53,406 bases of DNA, filler included, from Bipalium vagum (GCA_037834085.1; 3 parts of 3 records of this genome joined end to end with filler, not necessarily neighbours in it); one strand, 5' to 3'; numbered from the whole stretch's first letter, positions 11,701 through 24,669 are shown. A program made the numbers and translations. Notes: a model not told the origin generated them from the letters alone.

Positions 11701-14700
11701 TTATTTATAAGAATAAAGGTATTTATTTTGTTTTAGTTATTTGTCTAAAATATACAGTAGTATGTGAATAATCAATTTTATAAATATACTTAAATTAAAA
11801 AAATAAAAATATTTAAAACTAAATAAAGGGTTCATTATTTTCTTGCAGACCTACATTCAAACAAAATTTAATTATTTTTTTACGATATCGAAGTGTTAGA
11901 ATCCAAAGTAAATCAACTGTGACCTTAACTAAACCAATGAAATCCAGCAAAAAGACTGGTCATACAGGAAGGAGCACTGTTAATCCTCAGAAGGCGGCGA
12001 ACATCAACTACATTTAGTTATTTATTATAAGGTTAATGTTCTTTCGATTTTCCAGAATAATTAAAGGGTTATCTTTAGGGTTTTTAAACATGATCTCATG
12101 AGGCCAACATTTTGGTTTCATTAAAAATAGAATTAATTTTTTTGATTCGTCATGTAATAAATCTCTAATTTAAGATGCACTAAGAATCACCAAAATATTC
12201 TTATTACGAAACAAAATACGTAAAAATTACTTTATCAATTAATTTGAAAATTCTAACCAATTATAAGATTTATTTAATCATTTTAAAAAATAATTATTTG
12301 CATCATCTACACCCTGTATATAGAATGATATTTTTTATGTTTAAATGAAATAAGTTAAAATAATATTTCTAAAATTTATTAGTGTTACTAAAATAATTAA
12401 ATTTCATTATTTGAATAATATAACTAAAAATAGTAAATGGTTAAAATTAGTAAATACAATATTAAATTTAAAAATCTTTACTAAATTTAATAAGTTTTAA
12501 ATAGAATTTTAAAAAGTTGGTTAAAAAACAGTAAAAACTATTTTAATCAATCAAAGTGCTCACATCCTGAAACTATTCACTTTAAATCATGAAATTTCAC
12601 TTCAAATTGCCCTTAAAAAGTGATGAAAATATTAAGAATGCGTATTATTCTATTATCAATAAAAGCAAGAAGAGCAACCAAGTTATCCGATAAGGGCAAG
12701 AAATTAGTTTTATCTCTAAACATTTATTCCATTTCTTTATATTGTAAATAATTAAGTTAATATTGATAGAAAAATATATTTCTCATCAATAATTTTTTAG
12801 TATTTTTTAATTGTTCTCTTTCTTAATCGATTCTGTTTCGGTATAGACAATGGAATACGTATTTTTTTGACATTAGGATTTCTGTGATAACAAATAAATA
12901 GTTACATATCAAGTCTTTGTGCATAATCCTTCTATTATTTACACTTCGTAAGTAGTTGATGACCCTATATTCGAGTATATCACGCAACAATCCATATAAG
13001 ATGTAGTGATAAGAAGAAACAAACGAAAGCCTTACATTTTAAAAAATAAGAATCATTGTACAATATCAATAAAAATTAAAAGGAATAAAATATTATTAAA
13101 GAATTAACAAATAGCAATAATTTAAATTTCATTTAAGAGTTACGAAAAAAATTTGTTATAAATTAAAAGTAATTTATTTTAGGCAGACAAAGATTCGAAA
13201 TCAATTCATATTCAAGACACTGGTATTGGAATGACAAAAAATGAATTGATTAATAACCTCGGAACAATAGCTAAATCTGGAACTTCGGATTTTATGGCCA
13301 AGTTATCAGAAAGCAAAAATAGTGGAGAGCTCAATGATTTAATCGGTCAATTTGGAGTTGGATTTTATTCGTCATTTTTAGTAGCTGATAAAGTGACGGT
13401 AATTTCGAAGTCCACTGTAGATCATCAGTATATATGGGAATCGGATTCTAAATCTTATTCAATTACAAAGGATCCAAGAGGAAATACTTTAGGGCGAGGT
13501 ACCGAGATCATTCTTACGTTAAAGGAAGAAGTCTTTGAATATTTGGAAACAGATATCTTGAGCAATCTTATTCAAAAATATAGTCAATTCATTAATTTCC
13601 CTATATATCTCTGGAAAAGTTCTGTAAAAATTGAGAAAGAAACAAATAACATCCCGGCCGTTACCAAAACTGAGGATGAAGATGAATCTGATGTAAGTAA
13701 TGTATTGTGGTAATATTCTTCATTAAGATAATAAATATTAGAAGTAATTATAATTGAAAAATAATTTTGAAAATGATAAATTTCTTACTTTATAATTTCT
13801 GTCATTTTTATCTTTATTTAAATCCATATATTTGTAATTGTATCATTCTGTATTGAAGGATTATTATTTGAGTATTTTTATTTAATTTAATAATTAATCA
13901 ATATTTATATAAAAAATCAATTTTAGAAGAAACTTGTTAAGTTTATATATAATATTAATATAACTTATGAGGAATTAAATCACAAGTTTTGATTAACTTT
14001 AAAGATCTTTTATTTTAGTTATTTAAATATTTTTATTATTTATTATAAAATCTAAATTTAGCATGTTTAGCTGAATAAACTAATTAAAATTTTTTTATTA
14101 GGTAGAACAGAATGATAAAAGAAGAACTGTCGAAAAAACTGTGTGGGACTGGGAAATAATTAACAAAAGTAAACCAATCTGGACTCGGAAAATCTCAGAA
14201 ATAACTGAAGAAGAATACAATGATTTTTTCAAGTCATTTTCGAAAGAACAGAATAATCCACTCGCTAATATTCATTTTGCTGCTGAAGGAGAAGTTACTT
14301 TTAAAGCCATTCTCTATGTGCCTAAAAATAGAGATGCCGATGCTAATAGTAGTCCGAATAAAAAGAATGATAATATTAACTTATATGTAAAGCGTGTTTT
14401 CATTACCAAAGATTTTGATGATTTGATGCCAACATATTTGTCTTTTATTAAAGGCATTATTGATAGTGACGATTTGCCTTTAAATGTATCTCGAGAAACT
14501 ATTCAGCAACATAAGCTTATTAAAGTTATCAAGAAGAAATTAGTGAGAAAAACTCTGGATATGTTAAAAAAGATGCCAGATAACATATTCAAAGAATTCT
14601 GGAATGAATATAGTGTCACAATTAAATCAGGCATAATTGAAGATGTATCAAATAGAAATAGGTTGGCTAAATTAATAAGATTTTGGTCATCATACTCTGA

Positions 14701-17071
14701 TGAAGACCTTACCAGCCTCACAAACTATGTTTCCAGAATGAAACCAAACCAGAAAGAGATATTTTTCATGGCTGGAACATCAGTAGAAGACATTAAGCGC
14801 TCACCAATGGTAGAAACTCTTCTAAAAAACCAATATGAAGTATTGTTTTTGATCGACCCCATTGATGAATACACAATTCACTCAATACCAGAATTTGAAG
14901 GGAAAAAATTCCAAAATGTTGCGAAAGAAGGTTTTAAAATGGATAGTTCCAATGAAAATCTCGAAAGAAACCGTGAAAAAATTGCACAATATTATGAAAA
15001 ACTAGTTAACTGGCTAAAAACAGACGAATTAAAAAATTATATTGAAAAGGTCGAAATATCTGAACGGTTAACAAATAGTCCATGTGTATTGATTGCAACA
15101 ACTGATGGATGGTCTGGTAATATGGAACGAATTATGAAAGCTCAGGCATATCAAAAGGCAGAACTTATGGATAATTATAAAAACTCATACAAGAAGATTT
15201 TAGAAATTAATCCTCATCATCCATTAATCAAACAGCTGAGATATTCACTAGAACACTATGATATGAGCGAAACGAGATCATTAGCAACATTACTGTATAA
15301 CACTGCTTTATTACGTTCTGGATTCAGTTTGGAAAATCCAGCTAATTTTACTAAACAAGTTGATGAAATCATAAGGACCTCTATGAGAATACCACTAGAT
15401 GAACCAGTTATCGAGGATGAAGAAATTATAGAAAACATAGAAAATCCTTTAGGAGAAAAATCAAAAATTGATTCTAATATCAATTCCGTTCAAGAAAATG
15501 AAGTGAGTTCGAAATAATTTTATTTTGATTAATTTAGAATTAATTTAAAATTAGAAATATTAATTCTTATATTTTAAAAATATACATAAATTGTTAACTC
15601 CTTTCGACATATTTATATCATTTTCGCAAAAGAAATCAAAAGAAAACTAAAAGTCCTGATGTCATATGATGAAGGTATTGATATTGTTTACATAGATGTA
15701 AAATCTACTGACAATTATTTAATTTTTTCCAATAAACTGATAATTATAATATTTGAAGTAAGATTTTCAAGTAGTTAATTATTAAGATTTTTTAGTACTA
15801 TAAATAGGTTATTAGTTACATAATCGGTGGTTTTTATATAAAATATCTATTTTTATAAAAAAATTTTCTCGAAGATGATACTTTATGGAGTAAAACTGAG
15901 ATTTTATTTGGAATCCGCAGCAAACATAACATCCAGTCATATAGTTTTCATCTAAAAAAATAAAAATTCAAAAACCCCGGCATAGTAATTTGAATATTAA
16001 CAAATAATAGAAGCAAAAATTATTGACCTTTGTAATGAGAAAAGAAACTGATTCTTCCCTAAGTTAACAAACATGGTTTAGAATCCTTAATTTAGACACA
16101 AATCAAAGCTGCAATGAGAATATTTAAATTAATCATTAGGTCAGTGGAAAAGAAAATGTAGTTTTTTATTTCTCTAATAAGGTTGTTTAAATATATCAAT
16201 TGGTAAATGTTAAATATTTTAAAATTGAAGCCTTTATTTTATTAATAAAGGTGGGACAAGTCGCAAAGTGAATAATCGATTCTGTCCGCAAATGAAAATA
16301 CAATACAATGGTGGTTTATTAAGTTCCGCATTGGAAGAAAAGAGAGCAGTACTTAACAAGTACAATTTGAAAAACCTATTGCTTTTCAGTGGTTAACCGC
16401 GAAGAAGTTTCAAAAGAACTCATGTTGATCTCACAATAGTAGGTTTCCATTTAAGGCATATGAAAAATTGAAAATTATGACTGCAAGCAATTGCCACTCT
16501 GAAGTTTTGTTGTTATCTCTTCGTCTGTGCAAGAATGGCGAATTTTAAAACAAAATCTAATGTATGGTATACAATAACATGAAGCGTTTATGTAAAAGTT
16601 AAGATCTTTACGCAACTCTATGGTACTTCAAAAACAAGAATGACTTGAAAATAAGGTAACAGTGACGGTTTGGCCGTCAGTTTTCAAATCAGGCAAAATA
16701 CTTCCAGAAATTTGAAAAAATAAATCAGAAACTTCAACCCGTAAATCAGATATTGGTCAACAGAAAAGGTCGAATCCTTCTTTACAACAAGGGAAAACAT
16801 TTGAAAAGAAAATTTTTTTATTTTATGATTATTTAAACAATGAAAATAAATTTTCTATTATAATACAACTCTAAATATTTGCGACATAATAAATTGACCA
16901 ATTAACATAGTTCAAATGCTCATTATGCACATTATGTTAATGAAAATCGACAATTGATCGGGTCTGAATTTTTATATATCTCAGTAAAATTGCTTTTAAT
17001 TAATTTAGATATTTATTCATATAATTTTTACTTTGTGTTACATTTAGCTCCATGATAAAGACGAACTATGA
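8788..17071 (+). CDS. HSP90B1: Endoplasmin / GRP94 (ER Hsp90), 7 coding exons
   Basis: Exons 8788-8830, 8875-9070, 9124-9265, 11602-11718, 13183-13692, 14102-15502 and 17048-17071 are all GT-AG and phase-compatible. Motifs: signal peptide [108 protein letters not shown]. The protein ends LHDKDEL*. Confidence 0.97.
16250..16800 (+). mobile_element. Decayed mariner transposase fragment in the last HSP90B1 intron
   Basis: Remnants resemble W..YNN.KR (~16560) and NRKG.ILL.N (~16760) of mariner DD34D transposases, with many stops and frameshifts. Confidence 0.5.
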
Positions 17072-19769
17072 AATTAAATTTGTTGATTTTTGAGTTTGTT
17101 ATTGTTGGTTTTAAGTTTATGTTGAAATTTTTTAAAAGCTGTTTAGGCTTTAAAATGTTCATTTCTTGTTTTAATACATTCAAATGTAAAAAGCAGTTTG
17201 AAAGTATATAAATATATAAAAAACTGTTTATTTTTATTAGTTCAATATATATTATATTTTAAAAATAAATACTTTTTATATTCAATTATAAAACTATTTA
17301 CGTCTCATAACATTATGAAATTAATTTACATTTTGTAATATAGTAAAAATTTTTATAAAAGTTCTTGAAATTTTCCTTTTATGAGTTATTACTGATTTAT
17401 GATATAATTAAAATTAATAAAAAATATTTTCATTATTGAAGGATTTTAAACCACTGGTAATATACATTGATCTGAGGAAAATAAATAATGATTTTCTAAA
17501 AAATATAAAATACATTAATCATAATTGTTATTCATAATTGATAATTGTTTTATAAAAAATAAAATTCTTAGTAGCTAATATTTGTCTGTCCTACAAGTAA
17601 AGTACAAAGATTGTTATTTATTTCTGAAATATACTAAAAATGATAAAATATTCTAAAATATCAGATTATTATTTTCGTTCCGAGAATGCTTTGGATTTTT
17701 CTTGAAAAATCGTATAAAAATGAAATAAAAAGAAAAAGGTTTTGATAATCATTTTGTAATCAATTAGAGATGCATTAACAATTTTCAGTTTCAACAATTT
17801 CATGATAAATCTATCATTAATTAAATGTAGGCCTTTATGTATAGAAAGAACAAAATAATTTTCGATTCATTATCTTTATTTTTGATTTAAAATTTTAATC
17901 ATTAATCATTAAATTTTTATACATATATTTATACATATTTATACATTTTTATACATACGAAATAATTTTTAATTATGGATATTGTCGATGTTTTCATCTT
18001 GTAGTTTTAAACAAAAAACAAAGGTTTTAATATTTTTGTTTTAAGAAGCGATAGAATTGTTTGATATTTTAATAGTATTAAATATCTTTCAACAAAATGA
18101 TTTTAATTTTTACTATTTTTTCAACATATTTGAACACTGACCTAAATTGAACTATAATTAATTAAATTTGCATAAGTCATTATAAAATTATTAAAAGTAA
18201 TTAAATTTGCGTAAAATTATTGAATTTTGATAGTTGATACCTGGAAAAGATATCGTAAAACAATTGATAATTTAATAAGCATGAGATTTTAAATGGAGGT
18301 ATAAATCCGTAGAATACCATGTAAACCATCAAAATAGAGTTAACACTAAAAGATATAAATTCCGAAAAATATTTAAAGAAATATTCACTGACATCTTTAG
18401 AAGTTTACATCTATTTTTAAAATGAGAACTCAAATGAAAATACTGAACAATTTTTCATTCGTTAAAACAAATAATGCAAATGAAAATTATTTTTATCAAA
18501 ATTTGTAAACTAATTCTGAAATCATAAATGAGAAATTTTACAAATAATTATAATAATATTATAGTAATAATAACCCAGCGTGAATTATAAAACGAATTTC
18601 ATTTTTTGAAATGGAAAAACTTAAAAAAATTTTTGTTGGCGAAATAGTAATAACAACAATGGGAAATATCTTGATTAATAATTTTCTACTATTAACAATT
18701 CATAATTTCTTAAGCAAAGAAAGAAAAATGAATCAAACCGAGGTCATTTGGTCAATACTGCGTTCGGACTCTTTGTTTTTGAAAGGAAGCCTTAATATGC
18801 ATAAAACCCTATTTTAAGTATATTTTGAAATGTTTCCTAAAGACTTCCGGAGTGTCACGAAAATATTCTCTATAAAGTCCAATTTTGTTAAATTGTTTTC
18901 TGAAGATTTTGCTTCGTTTTTATCGGTTAAATCTACTACGTACTTGATTACTTTCATTCTTATTTCTTTTTCAAATATGACTGTACTTGAATGTGTAAAG
19001 AATGTGCAAGGATTTTTTTTCCTAAACCATCTTCCTTAATTTCATATAAAAAGAAGATTTTTTATATTTATTCACTATTACTCTCGAGTAACATTATTTT
19101 TCATTAATGAAGGTACTTATGAAATTTACACTACAGATGTTTCAGAGTTGTTTCGGTATGTACCATCCTTTTTATTCATTGATCATTAAATAGGATGTAG
19201 TTACCAATGTCAATTTGATAATCTTTAGATTTGCAACCTTTACCTTCACTAGGTTAACATTTTCATAGAAAAATACTACCTATATTATCTTCTAATTTTT
19301 TAAAATACTACCTGCTAAAACTAACTTAAACTTAACTTAGGCGTACCTTTCGCAAATGGTTCATCTTACTTTATTCCAATATAAAAGCTGTAAATGTGAA
19401 AAGGTTTTACTTGAATTATCCTTAAGTAATATATTAAATAGTGTATTATTTAAAGTATTATATTTGATTTGCATTTAAGGAGTGTTATTTTAATATTTGT
19501 TAGTAAATTTTAATTATAAAATAAAATCTTTTTTATATTACAGAATTAATTGAAACCTGTTATAAATTTCATCGTTTAAAAATTTATGTTAATTAATTAT
19601 ATAATTAATAATTTTATATTAATATTTATTTAAAATTTTTCACTACGTAAAAATATAGTTAATTTAAAAATTTTACTACAAAATATATTATCAAATTCAT
19701 TTTTTATTTGAAGTTTAATAAACTATTATTTAACATAAATTAATTTCAATTAAATTAATTTTAAAAAAT

Positions 19770-20770
19770 ATGAACTACTTTATGATATTGATTGTATATA
19801 TTTATCATATATTGATTTTACAATTATTTATAATAGATTTCTTCCATTTCCTTATCGACATTTCGAAAATTATTACAAATTGAAGACGACGATGAATTAG
19901 AAAGTGATGGTGACGAGAATGAGAATGAGAATGAGAATGAAAATGAAAATGAAAATGAAGAAGTTGAAGAGTTTGAAATTGAAAATAATGAAGAAGAGGA
20001 CTCTGAAAATATAAATTCTGATTCTGATGAACAAATATCAGAAGAAAATATCAATGATGATGAAAATGAAACGGAAGAAATGCTAATTCCCGAAGAGAGT
20101 GAAGAAGAAGAAGAAATTCAACAGGAAGAAAATGAAGATGAAGAAAATTCAGATGAAGATTCGGAATCTTATCAAGATCAGAAAAGTGAACAAGTTCCAA
20201 AACATGGGAAAGTTTACAAAAGTAGAAAGCTTCATTCAAGTATTTATTAATATTCTCAATACATGTGTTATTGATGAAAAATAGTTTCAGAGAAGCATGC
20301 TTTTAGACCAACGCTAAACGATCACGACTGTGATGGAATTCCTGATGATCAAGACAAAGATGTGGATAATGATGGCTTGCTTGACCATACTCAAGATTCA
20401 GACTGGGATGGAGAACTCAATCATATAGATGAAGACGATGATAATGACGGTAAAAATATTCATTAAATATCTTTTTAACACTAAAAATTATAATAATATA
20501 TTGTTTTAATTTATTAATTTAAATTTAGGTATTCCTGATAAAGATGATCCTGATTCTAATGGAGATGGAGTTCCAGACTGTAGAGAGGATAGTTCTGATA
20601 ATAAATTAAAATTAAGATTTAAAAGTAAAAAGAAACGTCTTGATAGTGATTTGGATGGTGTGCCTGACGATTCAGATATCGATGATGATGAAGATGGAAT
20701 TCCGGATATTTTAGAAGATTCTGATGGAAATGATATTCCAGATTTTCTCGAACAAAATAAAGGTAAATAA
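19770..20770 (+). CDS. Highly acidic protein with DxDxDG (thrombospondin type-3-like) calcium-binding repeats, possibly secreted
   Basis: Exons 19770-19793, 19837-20239, 20285-20449 and 20529-20770 (introns of 43, 45 and 79 nt, GT-AG) give one open frame. It reads MNYFMILIISSISLSTFRK, then ~110 aa of D/E/N including (EN)n, then DHDCDGIPDDQDKDVDNDGLLD, DSDWDGELNHIDEDDDNDGIPDKDDPDSNGDGVPD, DSDLDGVPDDSDIDDDEDGIPD and DSDGNDIPDFLE. A donor at 20763 could extend it across the gap. Confidence 0.8.
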
Positions 20771-20852
20771 TCATTCAAATCTAACCTGCAAATCGATTGA
20801 AAAAAGATCTTTCTAAGAGAACATATCTCATATATGATTATCATTTATTATC

Positions 20853-20854
<2 letters not shown>

Positions 20855-20919
<65 letters not shown>
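20855..20919. repeat. (ATT)n microsatellite at contig end
   Basis: A perfect ATT array runs into the N gap. Confidence 0.95.
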
Positions 20920-21019
20920 NNNNNNNNNNNNNNNNNNNNNNNNNNNNNNNNNNNNNNNNNNNNTTAATTAATTAANNNNNNNNNNNNNNNNNNNNNNNNN
21001 NNNNNNNNNNNNNNNNNNN
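20920..21019. other. Scaffold gap with artificial spacer (N44-TTAATTAATTAA-N44)
   Basis: It is exactly 100 nt, with the same structure as 37664-37763. Confidence 0.95.
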
Positions 21020-21560
21020 GGATTCCAACTCCTTATATACCATTCTGATCAGACGAATAATCAATCGTAGATCAGCTTGATTAATGGGGAATGTCGCTTC
21101 CCTTTTTAGACCGATAATTCTAAATCGGTCCCTGCTTGCGGACCCTGATCTAATCTTGGCAATTTAGGTTCGCCATTATCAAGATTAGATCCGTTTTAGA
21201 AATAATTAACTGCCCCTTTTTGTTGAGATGTACTTTTTAATTAATTAATTAATGATTATTGTTAATTAATTAATTATTATTATTATTTCTGACCCTCTTG
21301 TGGTCTTAATAATTAATTGATAATAATCAATCTAAACCCGATGCGGTCTCTACCATATACTTTACAGGGGTTGGCAGGGATGTATTCTTGGATAACCCAA
21401 CAATTTACTGAAATTTTTCTAGATCTTTTTTCAGATATTTTTTTGTTTAGAAAATTAAATATGATTCTTTTTGAAAAAGTTAGACGAATTGATGCATTTT
21501 TGAAGGCTCTTGAAAAATCTTTTTCCTGAAAAACCCTAATTAATAATTTATATCTTATCA
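21020..21560. repeat. Dispersed repeat (probable retrotransposon-derived) with a multi-hairpin motif and a stem-loop+(TAA)n tail
   Basis: 21098-21191 aligns by eye with 23261-23351. GACCCTCTTGTGGTC (21291) beside (TTA)n recurs at 23443 and 28843. Confidence 0.6.
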
Positions 21561-21699
21561 AGTTTTAAATATATTTTTAACACGTATAACATGTCCCAAA
21601 TTAGATAAAATCACTTAAAAATCTTATCAAATCCTAACATTGAATAAAATAATTAAGAATTATAATTTTGTTTTATTATCATTATTTTTTTTTGGAAAA

Positions 21700-22200
21700 A
21701 AAAATTTTTTTGCTTTTTTTCAAAATCTTTCATAATTAATGCTTTTAATAATGTATTGTTAAAATATGTTAACCCTTTCTATTGAAAGAAGAATCAAAAT
21801 GTATTTTGGTATAATAAACGCCTTTAAAAACTTACCAGTCGTAAAAATGTTTTTCCATAACCTTTCAGAAATTCCTTAATCATTAAAAAAAACAACTCGT
21901 AGTCACTGTTGTCATATGGCTATCACCTGAAAACTGTTTAGACCATTAGTCATAAAGAGACCTTTGTGATTAACATAGAAATTATTCATTTACCTAAACA
22001 TCAGAACTGTATATCTACACATTTCTGAGGATATATTTTTGGGCTGTTTCAAACAATGTCAACAGTGCCAATTTGTTTGAATGTTAGTTGACCTTTATAC
22101 TAACAACTTTAATTTTCAAAACGTCTATTTATCTCTGCTCAAAAACTTTTTATGGTCTCTTCTTATCATCACCAGTTCAAGGGAAGGTCGTTTTTAATTA
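21700..22200 (-). mobile_element. Decayed Tc1-like fragment
   Basis: A minus-strand RP.K.LSRDK.R.LKI-like linker is visible at ~22100-22160. The rest is highly degraded. Confidence 0.35.
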
Positions 22201-23136
22201 ATATTTAATCATTTTTAAATTAATGGAATTAATAATAATTTTTACATTTGCAGTTGTAAAATTTTCATTTATATTATTTTTTAAATACGAATTTTAATTT
22301 TAAATTAAAAAAATTTAAGTAAATAATTTCTAATTTTACTGAAATGGAAATTTGTTTTATTAATTGGAATTTTTATTTTTCCCACCAATTTCCTTTCGGT
22401 TGATAATAGGAAAAGGTTTACGTTTATTCTCATCGTTCATGAATTTTTCAAACTGTGATTAATTTACTTCACAAAATCCCACATAAACAAACAACGATAA
22501 ATTTATTGGGAGATTATATATAAATATAAATATAGGAAATTTTATTTGTTTTATATACTTTATTTTTTGTTTGTTAATATAAATTAGTAAAATTTCATTA
22601 TACACACTTTTATGAACATTTATGACCTTTAAAATTATTTAAAATTGTTTTTATGTAATCGATAATGATGTTTTGCACTGAATTTATTTAATTTTTAAAT
22701 ATCAAATTTTATTAATATCTTATATTAACCAATTCAAACTACCTGAATCTTACTTTATGGCGATTAAGTCCAGTAATAACCCTGTTCGACAATAAACTTA
22801 TTATTTACTAAACATAAAGAGGGAAGGATTACACAATGAATGTCAATACGATTTTCACATGTCACAAATAATAGTCAAAATCTAATATCCCAAAGATATA
22901 AAGTAGAGGAAATTAATTTTCTTAGAAGAATATTGGTTTTTTGTCTGATAATCTGAGAACCAGAAATTTTTTTAGCTATATTGTCAAATTTTGTTTTATG
23001 ATGGAGCGACAAGAATCAACGATATGTTCTATAATACTCGGCCGTCTATATGTATATCGGTTCGGGCATATCAGACAACCCAAGCACCCAATTTCAGTGG
23101 TTGGGTAGTATTTTAATAATAACAAGATCCGGATAA

Positions 23137-23250
23137 TATTGGGTTGTTCAAAAAGTCAATGCGTTTTTATTGCACAGTTTAAACACATTTATTTAATATA
23201 ACAAAAACAATATTAATCTATTATGCATTCCCCGTTTTGATCAATTTTGA
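23137..23250 (-). mobile_element. Mariner right end
   Basis: TATTGGGTTGTTCAAAAAGTCAATGCG is a mariner-type TIR. The adjacent minus strand gives a DQNG....ID* transposase C-terminus. Confidence 0.6.
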
Positions 23251-23260
23251 TAATAAAATT

Positions 23261-23500
23261 TTCCCTTTTAGACGTGAAATACTAAATCGGTCCCTATTTG
23301 TGGCCTGATCTAGTCTAGGTAATTTGACATTCAACACTGTCAAGATTAGATGATCAAAAATAATAAATATTAATTTATCATCATTATTAACATTATATAT
23401 CTTTATTAATTATTACAATTTATTATTATTGTAACCATTCAGGATCCTTAGCGGTCTTTAAAATTGATGTGCCTTTGGCTAACCTAACACTTTTCAACAT
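23261..23500. repeat. Second, more decayed copy of the 21020-21560 repeat family
   Basis: TTCCCTTTTAGAC..CTAAATCGGTCCCT..CCTGATCTA.TCT.GG.AATTT..TCAAGATTAGAT is followed by an AT spacer, (TTA)n and GATCCTTAGCGGTC. Confidence 0.65.
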
Positions 23501-24669
23501 TTTCCTCAAAATAAATAATAAATATCCTTATTATTTATTTTGACTGTTCTTTAATTTTTTATTCGATTTTGTTTTTTGAACAATTCATTCTTTATTTAAT
23601 TGACGGGAATAATTTCTTTCTTTTATAATTTGAGCATTATCTATTCATTCTCAACAGTTAGGTCATTGTATACCTTTGTTATTATTGTTTAATTGATTAT
23701 TGGTTTTTTTGATACTTTGAACATTTGATCACCTATAAAATAGTTTTTGATATACTTAACTATTAATGTTAATTAATCGTAGAATTGTGTGATGAAATAA
23801 TAAAGTATATTGTCATTACTTTGATTCATTATTTAAGGAGCACCCTAGAAACATAAGTGATAAAGTTAGCAAATTTTGATCTCAAGGTTATATAAAATTA
23901 ACAATGAGACCAGTTTTCAATTCGTCAATAAAATAATCAGATAACAATGATATCAATTCCGAAATCGTCAATAAGCAAAAGCACTAGTAATAATATAAAC
24001 CTCCAAATTGGTAAGCAAATAATAACATCTTAATTATTGGGTAATGTGAAAAATTACAGTTAAAACAAATAATAGATAACAAAAAATTAATAATCAATTG
24101 AAATTCAAAACTAATAATAAAGATTAAAGATACAAAAAATATGATTTTTTTAAGTGTCTGTACTTTTCAGATTCCAAGACTATTAGGTGACTTCTTACGA
24201 TTCACTCAGACATAGTTGCATGGTAGAGAATCTGAACACGATCCAGTTGTGCCAAAATAAGCATACTTGGAATTGAAGGGATCATCCATCAAACCCAAAA
24301 ACAATCCAACAACGACAATATCCGACAATAAATCCAACAGCAAATCCGTCGACAAACAGGACAAGGAGGCTGATATAATAACAATTGACTAATAAACCTT
24401 TTGTGATCTAATTTACAATGACAATGTGCATAAAAATATATGTAGTAATCTTTTATAACCTTCCTGATCATCTTTATTTAATAAACCTTTGTAATCATCT
24501 TTTATGATAACATTTTATAAAACATTTTAGTTACTAAAATATAAAAATAATAAATAAATAAAATAAATAATAATTTTTTTATTCTTAATTAATAATTAAG
24601 CTCATAAAATATTAAAAATTCAGTAAAAAGACATAATTATCAAAAAATAAACATTCGTCAAATAATATA

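Noticed and set aside
14503-15483. Minus-strand ORFs within HSP90B1 (and similar shadows over the DUSP, RT and acidic-protein genes)
   Set aside because: They are antisense shadows of real coding exons with no independent evidence.
18230-19370. Possible MULE-like DNA transposon remnant (-)
   Set aside because: It is too degraded to support a family call, and no paired TIR was found.
24171-24190. Possible last exon (DSKTIR*) of the acidic protein
   Set aside because: It lies across a scaffold gap in repeat-like DNA, and an in-frame stop at 20768-20770 already ends the ORF.
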